Source: an uncultured Acidobacteriota bacterium (GTDB lineage: Bacteria > Acidobacteriota > Blastocatellia > RBC074). Taken from it: DNA of 64,000 bases. Positions 63,140-64,000 of this stretch are shown here, in pieces. Where the stretch lies: assembly GCA_963796275.1 (NCBI GenBank), contig CAWCKY010000001.1:704001-768000 (forward strand). Reading direction: 5' to 3'. The position numbers were made by a program, and so were the translations under genes. Positions within the stretch are counted from its first letter, which is position 1; each line of letters opens with the position of its first letter. The notes below the pieces were generated by a model. The model was not told where the DNA came from and made no database searches. It saw only the letters and a list, made by a program, of their open reading frames with translations.

Positions 63140-63442
63140 TTTAATTTTAAATTTAAGATTTTAAATTTAAGATTTTAAATTTTAACTCTTTTTCAATTTA
63201 CCAATCGTCCAAAACTTGCCTGCATGATGGTCGCTCGGCCGCCGTCTGGCTGTAACTCGCTTTGCCGTGCTCTCCGCTGCGCGCTTAATGTTAAATGTAA
63301 AATTTAAAATGTAAAATTTAAAATTTTAACTGCTTTTCAATTTACCTTGCCTCCGCTCCAATCGTCCAAAACCTGCCTGCGTGACGGTCGCTCTGGCGCT
63401 GCCTGGCTGTAACTCGCTTTGCCGCGCTCTTCGCTGCGCGCT
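63140..63442. repeat. Degenerate duplication of the AAA+ gene 3' end flanked by AT-rich heptamer arrays
   Basis: 63191-63285 aligns to 63335-63442 with 9 substitutions and one short deletion. Arrays at 63140-63186 (TTAAATT/TAAGATT) and 63286-63331 (AAAATGT/AAAATTT). Confidence 0.85.
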
Positions 63443-64000
63443 ACTTTCTTCTGGGCGTGCAGCCCTTCCAGAATCAGCTCACTCGCGGCGATAATGGTCG
63501 ATTTCGCCTCATCTTCCAGGCGGCCGCTCTTGACAGCTTCGAATAATCCTTTGATCTTGCCCAGTTCTTTGATTACATCGTCATCGCCGCTCGTTTCGCT
63601 CATTGTCAGCGTCCTGCCGTGATTGAAATAATCGAGCACCTGTCGGAAATCGATTCCGCTGTAACGTTCGGTGAAGACTTCGCTGCATGCCTTGCGGATC
63701 AGGTCGCGCGCTACCCGCTCGGCTCCCACCTGCTCGCCCTCATATTCGAGCTCGATCTTGCCCGTGATGGAAGGAATTGCGGCATAGATGTCGCTGATGC
63801 GCGGCGCGGCGTTCGGTTCGTTGTTATGCAGGCTGCGCCGCTCGGCATTCGACACCGCGCTCTCCATGACTGTGATGGGTAACCGCTGGCTGACGCCCGA
63901 GCGCTTGTCTATCCGTTTGTCATTGCGCGCGACGAAAGCAATCTGTTCGATCACCTCATTGATCAACGCGGGAATCTTGAACGATATACGCTCATAATAA
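63337..64000 (-). CDS. Magnesium-chelatase-like AAA+ ATPase, C-terminal part (start outside window)
   Basis: SGVSQRLPI, NAERR, ITGKIELEYEGE and ELILEGL. Frame is open to the window edge and lies upstream of the VWA gene. Confidence 0.8.
   Translation of the reverse strand, partial: YYERISFKIPALINEVIEQIAFVARNDKRIDKRSGVSQRLPITVMESAVSNAERRSLHNNEPNAAPRISDIYAAIPSITGKIELEYEGEQVGAERVARDLIRKACSEVFTERYSGIDFRQVLDYFNHGRTLTMSETSGDDDVIKELGKIKGLFEAVKSGRLEDEAKSTIIAASELILEGLHAQKKVARSEERGKASYSQAAPERPSRRQVLDDWSGGKVN

Noticed and set aside
63191-63442. Diversity-generating retroelement TR/VR pair
   Set aside because: Mismatches are not confined to adenines of one copy (C/T and C/G changes and a deletion occur), the gene is an AAA+ ATPase, and no reverse transcriptase is in the window.

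Overview
Gene-dense bacterial chromosome segment, most likely Acidobacteriota, possibly Blastocatellia. This is inferred from an Oar-type TonB-dependent receptor, an ADOP-type permease remnant and a DUF1800/DUF1501 pair. The left 16 kb is a divergent glycan-utilisation locus: a giant GH42-like protein, APC permease and M20 deacylase on the minus strand, and a frameshifted ROK regulator, TonB receptor and GH20 hexosaminidase on the plus strand. The rest is mostly housekeeping: purL/purQ, rnz, methylmalonyl-CoA mutase, cstA, nagA, nfo, nth, queG, truA, serS, galU, priA, ribA and maf. It also holds two HerA-type ATPases, a DUF433/DUF5615 toxin-antitoxin pair and two internally deleted pseudogenes. 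I saw no rRNA, tRNA, CRISPR array, transposase or integrase. The most unusual signals are non-coding or repeat-derived: (1) an A-rich/T-rich palindromic repeat that appears to supply the start and signal peptide of two unrelated secreted proteins; (2) a sigma-54 promoter followed by a structured RNA with two identical UGGGGG hexaloops; (3) GC-rich REP-like hairpins wrapped in different terminal-inverted-repeat shells, some with target-site duplications; (4) a duplicated gene 3' end between inverted heptamer arrays. All calls come from reading motifs by eye; no database searches were run.
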